A stretch of DNA of 64,000 bases from Cyanophora paradoxa CCMP329 (Eukaryota > Plantae > Glaucophyta). Below, in pieces: positions 12,715 through 22,258 of this stretch. A program made the translations under genes and the position numbers. Location of the stretch: positions 45,807 to 109,806 of the forward strand of contig QPMI01000158.1 of NCBI GenBank assembly GCA_004431415.1. The letters are read 5' to 3'. Position 1 is the stretch's first letter. Each line of letters begins with the position of its first letter. Below the pieces are notes generated by a model. That model did not search any database. It saw only the letters and a program-made list of their open reading frames with translations, and was not told the origin of the DNA.

Positions 12715-13414
12715 TCAGAAAAACGAGTCGAGGCTGCGGACTGCCTTCGGGCGTGGAATCGGGAGGGGCATCGAGCGGGTGAGAGAGGGCCGGAAGGAGC
12801 CGAGGAGCGGCGCCGGCGAGGCGCGCGCGCGCTCGCTCTCCGGATCCGAGCCCGAGCCGCGGCGGGCGGCGGAGGCGCTCCGCGGCTTGCAGCGGTAGTC
12901 GCGGTCGTACTCCTCTTCGGACTCGGCATCGGAGTCTGAAGACGAGGCGGATCCGCGGCGGCCGCCCAGCCTCGCGGCCAGGGCGAGCAGGGGCGACACG
13001 CTCGCCGTCGGGCGCTCTGACTCCTCCTCGCCGCTCGACTCCTCCTCCTCCAGCTCGATCCAGAAGACCGCTGCGGCGAAATACCAAGTCAGACTGGCAG
13101 CGGAGGGGGGGGGGGGTTGGGGTTGGGGAGGGGGGTTGGGGGTGGGGGTGGAAGGGGGGGGGGGGGGGGGGGGGGGCGAAGGCGGACCCGAGTAGGCGGG
13201 GCAGGAGGCGGGGATGCTGCTCCGGTTGTGGGAGGCGGAGGCGCAGGGCGGGGGCAGGCTCAGGTCCTCCGGGAAGTGGCTGGGGCGGCTGGGCGCCGCC
13301 TCCGCCGACTTGGACTGGCTCGCCCTCCGGTTCGCGATCGACTGCGAGGGCGCCCGCGGCCGCAGCAGCGGGGCCCCGACGGCGGCCGTCGGGTGCGGCC
13401 CGTCGACGGGCGTC
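12715..13414 (-). pseudogene. 3' half of copy 3 of the unknown host gene, interrupted by element 1
   Basis: Homology to 4601-4630 breaks at 13414 and resumes at 41263. Confidence 0.7.
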
Positions 13415-13722
13415 ACACATATACAACTCCCGGCTTTTAGACCTCGGCTTATTTAAATTGATCTTGTTAGTATATAACCTGTATTTATAATATATCTATC
13501 GTGAATATGTGTGTATTTTATCGGTGATTTGTATTTATTTTATCGTGGGTTATAACTTCTTTTTAATAAAATATGTGAAATATGTATAGTTTATGTGAAG
13601 TTTAGCTATATTCTCGATGAGTAGACTTATATATCTCGTGAGTTTTATTATATTAGAGGTGTGACTCAACTTAGTTTAATTATAACTTGCCTCAGTCTAA
13701 AAGCCGGGAGTTGTATATGTGT
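13415..13722. repeat. Terminal fold-back: 28-bp perfect inverted repeat 13415-13442 / 13695-13722
   Basis: ACACATATACAACTCCCGGCTTTTAGAC ... GTCTAAAAGCCGGGAGTTGTATATGTGT; mirrored at the right end. Confidence 0.95.
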
Positions 13723-14103
13723 GTTTGTTCTGAATTTTCAATATAAAAGCGACGATCACGCGCCGTTTCATCATAAACAACTACCATGAGCTGCATGGAA
13801 CGTTCTGCATGCGGCTCTCTATAAAACAAAGTAGATCTATGATATATTATGATTGATTGTTTTGTTTTTTAATTGGTCTTATTCAGTGTTACAGGTGTTA
13901 CAGGTTTATCCCAAAGTCCGCCAAGGAGTGGGGTCTTGGTTCCCGAGTTTGGGCAAGACCTGTAACACCTGTAACAACGTAAACAATTATCATGTGCTGT
14001 ATGAAACATGTCGCGCGCATCGAGAGTGTGCGGCGCACTGTGCGGCGGACTGTGCGCAACGTAAATGTATGAGTTTCGCATCGAGATCGATCGGCTACTC
14101 ATA

Positions 14104-14800
14104 GGAAACTACGCAATCTATCGCAACTACTCAAAGAAACTACGCAATTTAATACCGGGAACTACTGAAAAGATACCAAAACTACGCAACTACGCAACTT
14201 TCTGAAAAAGTCTGAGATTCGGGGCGGGAAAAATTTAGAAAAGTGTAAAACTTGCGTAGTTGCGTAGTTTTGGTTTCGTTTGCGTAGTTTTGGTTTCGAA
14301 TTGCGTAGTTTTTCAGGGTAAGTTGAGTAGTTTCAAGTAGTTTATATATATATTATAAAGTAGTTTCTTATTAATATCAATATGATTCTATGATATATAC
14401 CATGAGTTCACTACTGAAAAGAGCGCCGGCATGCTACAAAGGAAAGCTACGCGATCGTTTCGCACTGCAACACGACCGTTTTATAGGCTACGCAATTGTT
14501 TCGCACCGAAATGCATGCGGGCAATCGGAGACTACGCAAAATAATTAACTACGCATGAAAACTACGCAATCTGATCGCTTTTAATACCGAAAACTACGCA
14601 TTTAATACCAAAACTACGCAACTACGCAACTTTCTGAAAAAGTTTGAGAGTAGGGGTGGAAAAAAATTAGAGAAGTGAAAAACTTGCGTAGTTGCGTAGT
14701 TTTGGTATTAAATGCGTAGTTTGCGGTATTAATTTGCGTAGTTTAACATAGGTAGTTGAGTAGTTTAAAGTAGTTTTTATTAATTATAAAGTAGTTTATT
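14104..14800. repeat. ACTACGCA iteron field with two inverted-arm cassettes (14175-14274, 14607-14706)
   Basis: Arms ACCAAAACTACGCAACTACGCAA / TTGCGTAGTTGCGTAGTTTTGGT around a 54-bp spacer, plus many single copies. Confidence 0.9.
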
Positions 14801-15146
14801 ATTTATCTTATTGTTATCAGTCTGAGACTCTATGAAAATCGATTGACCTTAGTGTGAAACAGTGCGCCCCGCCCACTATGCAAGATACATGCCAACAACA
14901 TGCGAGTTCTATGAAAACAAAAACGATTTAGTCATGTATATATTTCGTATATATGTCTGAACCTCCGTCTAAGATATTCCGCACAACTCTGAATTTGTTT
15001 TGTCTTTTTGTTTTTTTCGCATATGACGACATATACATATATATACCGGCGTCACCGACATATTCGGGGTCATCACATCGCGGCGATTCCGAAAACATAT
15101 AGCATGCCACAAAGTAGTATTTTATGGATTTTTCTCCATTGTAATA

Positions 15147-15430
15147 CTTTGTTCGCGCATTCTGATGCGATTACAAATCGCATTCAGAAGGTATAGCTAA
15201 AATTACTTCGTTCGCGCAATATGATGCGATTACAAATGTATTTCAGATTTTTGAGATTTCCCATTCATAAAGTGTAGGCAACTTTACTTCGTTCGCGCGT
15301 TCTGATGCGATTACAAATGTATTTCAGATTTTTGAAATTTCTTATTCATAAAGTGTAGGCAACTTAACTTCGTTCGCGCGTTCTGATGCGATTACAAATC
15401 GGTTACAAACCGGTTACAAACCGGTTACAA
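15147..15430. repeat. 81-bp-period tandem repeat with core TTCGCGCnnTnTGATGCGATTACAAAT (4 copies), then (CGGTTACAAA/C)x3
   Basis: Cores near 15152, 15211, 15292 and 15373. Confidence 0.85.
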
Positions 15431-15620
15431 TGGCTTCGACCAATCACGACTCCCCACCAAATTACTTAATTGTTTGTTATTATTTTTGACTCGGGGCTCT
15501 AACTTTTAGTCTTACTTTTAGTAAGCCTCTGACTCGGTGAGCCGCTGAGCCAATTCGGCGGTCGGCGGTAGCCTATATACTATGATACTTGCCAGTTGCA
15601 TTTTTTGAGTTGCAAAGTTG

Positions 15621-15746
15621 GAGTCCCGAGTCCCGAGTCCCGAGTCCCGAGTCCCGAGTCCCGAGTCCCGAGTCCCGAGTCCCGAGTCCCGAGTCCCGAG
15701 TCCCGAGTCCCGAGTCCCGAGTCCCGAGTCCCGAGTCCCGAGTCCC
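15621..15746. repeat. Perfect heptamer array (GAGTCCC)18
   Basis: 126 bp of uninterrupted repeat. Confidence 0.97.
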
Positions 15747-16114
15747 GACTCGATAACACAGGCGATCGCGACTTCGCGGAGACCCCCTTCCGTTTTCCCC
15801 GCATAACTTTGGACAGCAAGCCGATCTCGGCGCGCTTTCAATTGCTACGTGCTCACAACTTGCTTCCGGGCATGATGGTGCTAGTTTGACTAGCTTAGTC
15901 GCCGGGCGCGCAAAACCCCAGTTCGACTTCTACACAAGTGCCCGAAAACCGAGGTGTCCCCTACGTCGCGCGCGCCGGCGCGCGTTCCCGTAAGGCTCCA
16001 CTAGTCATACTTTGCATCCGCGTGCGCATAGAGTAGTTCTACACTACTACAAAGTGGCGCGGTCTGATTCGCAAAGCGCGCGATTTGGCGGCTACGAAAG
16101 CACCGCGGCGCCTA

Positions 16115-17548
16115 CTACTTCCGTGGTCTCAGAGTCGCTTTTCGATCGCCATTAGCTACCGGCGCTACCGTTGCTACTTTTCTACTACTTCTTAATGTAG
16201 CTTTGGTTTCCGGCGCTTTATAGCTCTCAGTTTGATTAGAGAACGACTTATACCATCGTTGGCTATTCACGCCGCCGGATAGCTTAGGCTCCGCGGCGGT
16301 TACTAGCCGCTGTAATTCTTTATTTACGCGTTTCTCTTTTTGCACTCGATCTTCTAATAGAGAGCCTTGCGGCACAGTCGCGGCGGCTTCTATGCCCTCT
16401 CTACGCAATTGCGCGTCGACGCGCGCCTCGTCCTTTGCCGCCTCTAATGCATCTACTGTGGGCGCCATTAGGTAATCGACCGCCTGAACCGGTAAAAGCT
16501 CGTGGAAGGCAAAGCGACCCTCTACGCGATTGCCGTCCGGATCAGTTAGCATAAACTTATAGCCCTCGCGCGCGGCGACAGTATATACGATTCGGCTCCA
16601 ATTGTTACCGCCCTTAGCGAATGGCGTCTTCTCGATCCGTAGCCTTACTGACATGCCCGGCTGAATCTGATCCAAATAAGCTATCGATTTCTTGAATTTC
16701 GCATCTTCTTTTTGAACTATGAGCTTATAGTGACTCTCGTTGGTCTCGGCAGGCATATAGCCGGTCGCAGAGTGCACCGTATTATTATAGTTATATTCCA
16801 GAGACGAAAGGACATCTATAAATCGCGCCGTATTATTCGCGATGCAGTAGCTCGTGATCAGCCGCCGCATTTGCTTGTTAAATGCTTCTATGCGCCCTTG
16901 CGCGCGATGGTCGGCTGTGTCCGCTATCTGATGCTCGATAAACTGATTCTCGAAATATTCTCTTAACAGGCTATTAGTGAATTCTGAGCCGCGGTCGCTT
17001 TGAATCTTAAAAATTGGTCTCGGCGCCTTATTTTGCAGCTGTATAAAGGCGGCTAAGGTCGACGCCGCGGACTTATCCCGCATCGGTATAATATAGCCGA
17101 CCCGCAACGTGTTCTCCATCCCAGTTAAAAACGCTTGGTAGCCGTCATTATACTTAGCATACGCCGGAAAGAATAGCAGATCAATTACGTAGGTATCGAG
17201 AGGCTGTCGGATCGGTATAGCCGGGTCTCGTTTGCGGGATAGGTGCGGCGCATTAATCTGAACGACCTCTTGCCGGCTATACCACTCTTGCAATTTCTTA
17301 TAATTCTCGTCCGGCAGCTCTTGCCGTAGCTTAGTGATCCCTTTGAAACCGGTTTGCGGATCGTAGAATTTACGCGCGATTTTCGATTCCTCCGGGACAG
17401 CAAGGGCTACGGGCACGTCGCGGGGCACCAAAGCCTTTAAATCAGACCGCTTTACTATGCGGCTCTCTTTATTCTCTTTCGGCACGGGGATCGGCAATGT
17501 GCTCCCCTCTAAATCTTGCGATCGTCTTACTATTGGCGGTCTTGACAT
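16115..17548 (-). CDS. Retroviral-like (rve) DDE integrase
   Basis: VIDLLFF, IQSDRGSEF, GRIEAFNK, YNNTVHSATG motifs. Start placed at MSRPPIVRR by comparison with element 2. Confidence 0.93.
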   Translation of the reverse strand: MSRPPIVRRSQDLEGSTLPIPVPKENKESRIVKRSDLKALVPRDVPVALAVPEESKIARKFYDPQTGFKGITKLRQELPDENYKKLQEWYSRQEVVQINAPHLSRKRDPAIPIRQPLDTYVIDLLFFPAYAKYNDGYQAFLTGMENTLRVGYIIPMRDKSAASTLAAFIQLQNKAPRPIFKIQSDRGSEFTNSLLREYFENQFIEHQIADTADHRAQGRIEAFNKQMRRLITSYCIANNTARFIDVLSSLEYNYNNTVHSATGYMPAETNESHYKLIVQKEDAKFKKSIAYLDQIQPGMSVRLRIEKTPFAKGGNNWSRIVYTVAAREGYKFMLTDPDGNRVEGRFAFHELLPVQAVDYLMAPTVDALEAAKDEARVDAQLRREGIEAAATVPQGSLLEDRVQKEKRVNKELQRLVTAAEPKLSGGVNSQRWYKSFSNQTESYKAPETKATLRSSRKVATVAPVANGDRKATLRPRK

Positions 17549-17620
17549 CCTTGTCATCAGACAATAAAAAAGATCAATGTAACATTTTACTCGCACCAAA
17601 CAATAGAAGGTATTGTTTAT

Positions 17621-17881
17621 TTACGGTAAATTGGGACAGAATATATTGGCAACGATTCTATTAGGATTACTAACGTCAGTATACCACATTCGGCTAACGC
17701 GACTCCATTTCGCTCCATTGTCTTTTAAGAATTTACGCAAGGTGGTGCGGCGGGTAATTTGCAGTCCATGCTCTTCAAACTTCTTATGATATGTGGACAG
17801 ATTGCGTTTAACATTGAAATAGATAAGCTGTATCGACTGTGGTTCGTGCTCACGCTTTATGGCTTTGATTACATCAGTCAT
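17621..17881 (-). CDS. Hypothetical protein (86 aa), element-1 specific
   Basis: ATG start, co-oriented, tightly packed. Confidence 0.55.
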   Translation of the reverse strand: MTDVIKAIKREHEPQSIQLIYFNVKRNLSTYHKKFEEHGLQITRRTTLRKFLKDNGAKWSRVSRMWYTDVSNPNRIVANIFCPNLP

Positions 17882-17898
17882 CTTATATTGTGTGCATC

Positions 17899-18228
17899 TT
17901 ACGAGACGCCAGAAATCCAGAACAGGTTGATATCCTCCTCGTCTTCATCATTTACTTTCTTGATGGTATACTTATAGGATATCTCATCGTTGGATGCTCT
18001 TACATACGCAAACACATTATTTATTGATCGAATGACTATCTTGTGCGGTTCTTCAATAAAGAAACCAATAGATTGAATATCGGCTCTACGAAAGAGTGTA
18101 TTTACAAAGGTAAATGGCATGCGATCAGTATCAAATGAAAAGAGGATATCAAATAGTTCCACGGTGCTAAATGATAGATCCGAAAGAGGATAAACGAAAA
18201 TAGGTTGTCCTTTGAACAGATACGCCAT
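17899..18228 (-). CDS. Hypothetical protein (109 aa), element-1 specific
   Basis: ATG start; preceded by the shared promoter-like block at 18244-18268. Confidence 0.65.
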   Translation of the reverse strand: MAYLFKGQPIFVYPLSDLSFSTVELFDILFSFDTDRMPFTFVNTLFRRADIQSIGFFIEEPHKIVIRSINNVFAYVRASNDEISYKYTIKKVNDEDEEDINLFWISGVS

Positions 18229-18243
18229 ATTCGCCGTCGCCTT

Positions 18244-18335
18244 TTACTTTAAGCTGAGAAAATATTTTCCTGTTGCCTAAATGTAGCGCGTTCTCCTTAA
18301 ATCATTTTGCGTTGCCCACGGGGCTTTCAATTTTT
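18244..18335 (-). promoter_or_regulatory. Putative early promoter AAAAATTGA...AAAATGATTTAAG...AAAATATTTTCTCAGCTTAAAGTAA
   Basis: 25-nt exact match to 25733-25757; both lie just upstream of an ATG. Confidence 0.6.
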
Positions 18336-18480
18336 GACGATCCGCGGTGAGACTCTCTCACGTTTACTGTCAATAAAATCAGGCTACCTGAGCGTTTATT
18401 GTCGAGATTTTAATAATTAATGAAAATCCTGACAATAAACACCGCAAAACGCGCAATAAAAACGTGCAGTAAACAGTAAA

Positions 18481-18645
18481 ATGGACGCCCCGATATGGGA
18501 CGCGCACCCGATCCCCAATTACTTCCTAATCGACCCTGACGACCCCGGATTAAAGTGCATATGGCTTTTACATATCCTAAGGCGACAGCTCCTTCAATTA
18601 GAGCGCAAACCAAGAAAAAGAACGCATGATAAGATAGACGACTAA
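18481..18645 (+). CDS. Small ORF not in the supplied track (54 aa, MDAPIWDAHPIPNY...HDKIDD)
   Basis: A-rich leader (CAGTAAAATG); stop overlaps the PolB stop codon. Confidence 0.4.
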   Translation: MDAPIWDAHPIPNYFLIDPDDPGLKCIWLLHILRRQLLQLERKPRKRTHDKIDD

Positions 18646-21600
18646 CAGCCGAATGGAAGGCTATGTATGCCGTCGCCTGATATGCAGCGCTTGCCATCGA
18701 ATTGGGTCAGCGCTATCCGCTTGCTCTCCAAATCATATAAGTGGTGGCATCGCCGTTGCTTGTTTACTACTGTTACTGTTTTTGTGATCCCGTCAAATAG
18801 GCAGCGCTTAAAGTCGTCGAAATGCACCTCTTTCGAGGCTGTCCCGCTCATTTTTACCTTGTCGTAGCTCTCGGTGCGGAAAGCATATAGCTTCGGTCGC
18901 AGTCCCACATACTCCACTATCTTGACGTCCGGCATCTCATTTTTATATTTACCGGGAACCATCCGGTTCTCGGGACTATAAGGGCAATCTAAATAAGGGC
19001 TGATCGCTCGCATGCCCGCTTCCAGATCCGCGCTCTCTATATACAGACAGAACGAGTCGGTATCGTGGAACAGCAGCTGAGCTTGCGACCAGGTGGGACG
19101 GATCACGTCGTAAAAGAAGCTATAATTATGCAGCTTCGCGGCATCCAGCACATAAGCGCCAATAGCAACCGGTTTATCGAGTTTTACGTGTTTACTATAC
19201 ATTTCGAATGCAACAGCGCTTTCGTTTAATACATTCGTCGCTTTTACCAGTGGGCTCGCCGCATATTTCTTAAACAGCTTCGTGCTGTTCGCGATCTTTA
19301 CCACGGAGCGCCCGCGACACGATTCCAGGCATTTACCGTAAATAGCATTATTCATCAATTTAAAAAAGTCGCTCTCGAATTTATTCCGGGCTTCCTTTCG
19401 CAGTTTCGTGTTCAGATCTATATAGGGCTTCATAAATGCGGCGGTTGCAAACGAGAGCACCCGGTGGATCTTAGTAACTACGATCCCCTTTTTTACCATA
19501 TAGAGCAGCATCGGCTGAGAGACCACGTAATTATATTTCGGGGTAAACGAGGCGATCAGCTTCGGATCTTTACTGAGCTTCTCGCCGCTTATCTCTAATA
19601 GCCCACGCTGATATGCGCCCAGCATGTCCGCAGTAATTACCTCTTTACTCACGATCAGCGGGAAATCGCGATGGTCGCCCTTTAAATAGTCCGGATACGC
19701 AAGGTCGACCTCTATAAATGCACTCCGCCCTACGACCTCGGTAAAAGCTGTGCTTGTGTCGTCCCAGCGATAGTCCCCGACCGGTAAAGGCTGACTGAGC
19801 GCATAGCCATATAGGTTATTCGCATCCAATAGCACTATATGTTTATTCTCGCTATTAGCCTCGGCATATCGTGTGGGCATGGTCGCAAAGCCGCCCCTAA
19901 TTGCCCGCTCAATAAATTCGTATTGATCCGCATCGCTGATCTGTTCTATCGCGACCCTCGTATGCTTTAACATCGCGTCCCACGATAGTCCCGGTGCGCT
20001 CACATAATGCGTCGGATCCAGACCGTATTGCTCATGGGCGAGCATGCTGAATTTACCGAATTTTACCATGAGATCATTAACATCGGACGCCTGAAAATCC
20101 ATGAAATTCGAGGCGTCTATAAACTTGTAAAGTCCCCACTGTAAAGAGAGATACTCATCGAAATTCTTACTTAGGATCTCGACCCGCAGCTTGTCGTCTT
20201 GCTGTGCGATTTTCCTGAATATAGCATGCCCGCACTCGTCCATCCGATCAATGACCACGGCTACTTTCGTTTGCTTTGAGATCCTCCTATGTAAATTGCA
20301 TTTTCGGCAAGCTTTCCCTATATAATCGCCGCTTTGGTGACAGTGATCGCGCACAGGGAAGTTTTCGTGGGTAAACCGCTGATTGCATATATAGCAGTGT
20401 TTGGTCAGCTTATAGGCTTGCTTTTGCGCCTCTGTGAGCGGGATCATAGGTGTGTTGGTAAATAGGGTATTAAGCATCTCGCGACACAGATCCCCTAACG
20501 TGGTAAACATCTGTCCCAGCGGATCCACGCCCTCGAATTCGTGATTTTCAACATGAGAGCCCATAACAACATTAAGTGCCACCGACTTTACCTCTCGCTT
20601 GGTTCGATTTGGTTCATTAGGAACCGGCACCGACTCCATCTCTACTTTGCAGTAGCAGACAGTGGGCAGCCACACCATTTTCCTTAGGTGTTGCAGTCCG
20701 AAAGTAATAAAGCTTCCGGGTTCCGGGCATTTACCTTTACTCAGCCGCCAATCGATACAGCGATTAGAGTCGGTGTGGCTATCGAGTTTCTCCTGTGATC
20801 TAAACCGGGACAAACAGGTTTCGCAATAGAAAATGCGCCCATCGTTTGCTTTATCAAAGGTGGTCTTTAAGAGGCGGCTCAGTGACATTATCGTAATATA
20901 GTGACCCTGTCCGTTTGCGTCCTCGATCAGCAGCAGGTTTACCTTCGATTTACGACGCGGATTACTTGACATGTGCAGTGGGTAAAAGGTTTGGGTCGCA
21001 TTGTCGGCGCCATATATATTAATTGACAGCTCGGGATTATTGTCCTCGAAACGATCTATTAATGCAGCATCGCAAGCCACCGGGAAATTAATGCCTGAGA
21101 AGTCGAGTTCAGTCATCCACCGCCTATATTGGAACGGATCATTACGTTTGTGTCTGTTTATGTCGTTTCTGTGCAGCCATGCGAGGATAGCGTAATTAAA
21201 ACAGTCGTGACCATCGATATTCTTAATATTTACTGTGGCTCGCTTTAATCCAATCCATTCCGGGGTCTCAATGTAGCACCCGCCCATCGGCGCATATGAC
21301 AAAACGGCGACATGTAGCTTATCTAATTTACTGAGCCGGTAGCTGTCGACCTGTATCATCTGTTCATTCATTTGCTGAGCTACACCCACTAACTCAGTGA
21401 GAATATTGCGCGACCTTGTGATTACGAAATAATCGCTGTAAATGTGTTTGGTGATAAAAACGTTAGGATCACTCACTTTTACGTATCGACAGATGAAAGT
21501 AAGGCGCACCTTAATAGCTTTGAGCTCGTCCAGCCGTTCTTTCAGCCGTCCAGGCAGATTTGCAGCGATTGTAGTGAGAAATTCCACCGGATCTAAGATT

Positions 21601-21905
21601 ATCTGTTCATCCGCCTTATAGCTATACCAGGCGTATGCTTTATTCATTGCGAAACCGTCGTCCTCATCGGGTTCTATGACGGCTAAGCGCCGCCCTTCGG
21701 TATAGAAGCGCTCCACATTTTCCAGGCGATTGTAAAGCTCGTCGGCAATATTCGCAAGGTTAGCTAAGCGGGGTTTTCGATCTAAGATCGCCGCCCTCCG
21801 ATCGTATTCGGCTTCGGTGATCTCCCCAGTGACTAAAAGACTACCTAACAAGCCTAATATTTCGTCTTTTTTCTCTTTTATAAGGCGGTTGGTTTGGCGG
21901 GGCAT
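18642..21905 (-). CDS. Protein-primed family B DNA polymerase with N-terminal vOTU-like region and EndoVII/HNH-like Zn insertion; exonuclease motifs degenerate
   Basis: LDANNLYG, KLMNNAIYGK, HDTDS, YGLDPTHYVSAPGLSWDAMLK; DCFNYAI...GHY; DHCHQSG...ACRKCNL. Confidence 0.95.
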   Translation of the reverse strand: MPRQTNRLIKEKKDEILGLLGSLLVTGEITEAEYDRRAAILDRKPRLANLANIADELYNRLENVERFYTEGRRLAVIEPDEDDGFAMNKAYAWYSYKADEQIILDPVEFLTTIAANLPGRLKERLDELKAIKVRLTFICRYVKVSDPNVFITKHIYSDYFVITRSRNILTELVGVAQQMNEQMIQVDSYRLSKLDKLHVAVLSYAPMGGCYIETPEWIGLKRATVNIKNIDGHDCFNYAILAWLHRNDINRHKRNDPFQYRRWMTELDFSGINFPVACDAALIDRFEDNNPELSINIYGADNATQTFYPLHMSSNPRRKSKVNLLLIEDANGQGHYITIMSLSRLLKTTFDKANDGRIFYCETCLSRFRSQEKLDSHTDSNRCIDWRLSKGKCPEPGSFITFGLQHLRKMVWLPTVCYCKVEMESVPVPNEPNRTKREVKSVALNVVMGSHVENHEFEGVDPLGQMFTTLGDLCREMLNTLFTNTPMIPLTEAQKQAYKLTKHCYICNQRFTHENFPVRDHCHQSGDYIGKACRKCNLHRRISKQTKVAVVIDRMDECGHAIFRKIAQQDDKLRVEILSKNFDEYLSLQWGLYKFIDASNFMDFQASDVNDLMVKFGKFSMLAHEQYGLDPTHYVSAPGLSWDAMLKHTRVAIEQISDADQYEFIERAIRGGFATMPTRYAEANSENKHIVLLDANNLYGYALSQPLPVGDYRWDDTSTAFTEVVGRSAFIEVDLAYPDYLKGDHRDFPLIVSKEVITADMLGAYQRGLLEISGEKLSKDPKLIASFTPKYNYVVSQPMLLYMVKKGIVVTKIHRVLSFATAAFMKPYIDLNTKLRKEARNKFESDFFKLMNNAIYGKCLESCRGRSVVKIANSTKLFKKYAASPLVKATNVLNESAVAFEMYSKHVKLDKPVAIGAYVLDAAKLHNYSFFYDVIRPTWSQAQLLFHDTDSFCLYIESADLEAGMRAISPYLDCPYSPENRMVPGKYKNEMPDVKIVEYVGLRPKLYAFRTESYDKVKMSGTASKEVHFDDFKRCLFDGITKTVTVVNKQRRCHHLYDLESKRIALTQFDGKRCISGDGIHSLPFGC

Positions 21906-21927
21906 CTTTTACTCTAAGGGAACATTT

Positions 21928-22206
21928 TTATTTCTCATTTTCGGCGCGATTCGCGAGTTTCTGTTGGAGCCTTTGGCGCGTATAACGCGCGCTATGCGAC
22001 GCCTGTGCATTTCTACGTGCATTATCGGAACCCAGAATACACTCTCCTATTCTCTTTTCAGTCAGTTGCATTATTTTCCTGTCGAATTTCCGCTCACTCA
22101 CCTCCCTTTCGAAATTCCGCCCGTGCTTTTGGAATCTTAGGCTCATCTTCTCCCAAACCAAACTCTTAACAACATCGTTAAGGCTAATTTGCATATCGTT
22201 CTCCAT
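21928..22206 (-). CDS. Hypothetical basic protein (92 aa)
   Basis: ATG start; upstream AAAATTTGA...AAAAATTATTTTC motif. Confidence 0.55.
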   Translation of the reverse strand: MENDMQISLNDVVKSLVWEKMSLRFQKHGRNFEREVSERKFDRKIMQLTEKRIGECILGSDNARRNAQASHSARYTRQRLQQKLANRAENEK

Positions 22207-22258
22207 TTGATTCAGTGTTGTGTTATGTCTGAAAATAATTTTTCCCGATGATCAAATT

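Larger units (their letters stand above)
13415..14893 (+). repeat. Left TIR of element 1 (1479 bp)
   Basis: Reverse complement of 39782-41262; only two 1-bp indels noticed. Confidence 0.95.

Noticed and set aside
20-13456. Many Pro/Arg/Gly-rich ORFs in the host flank
   Set aside because: Expected in very GC-rich DNA; they overlap on both strands and lack domains. Only the spliced TMEM94-like exons and the repeated minus-strand gene were kept.
13853-14104. ORFs inside the TIRs (also 40572-40820, 40101-40286)
   Set aside because: They run through iteron repeats, lack convincing starts and differ in frame between the two TIRs.
15147-15430. CRISPR-like array
   Set aside because: Two of the three spacers are near-identical (81-bp tandem repeat), there are no cas genes, and the context is eukaryotic.
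15621-15746. Telomeric repeat
   Set aside because: Internal position, and GGGACTC is not a telomere unit I recognise.
15518-15889. ORFs with GLGTRDS / VPSPESR repeats
   Set aside because: Translation artefacts of the (GAGTCCC)18 array, open in several frames.
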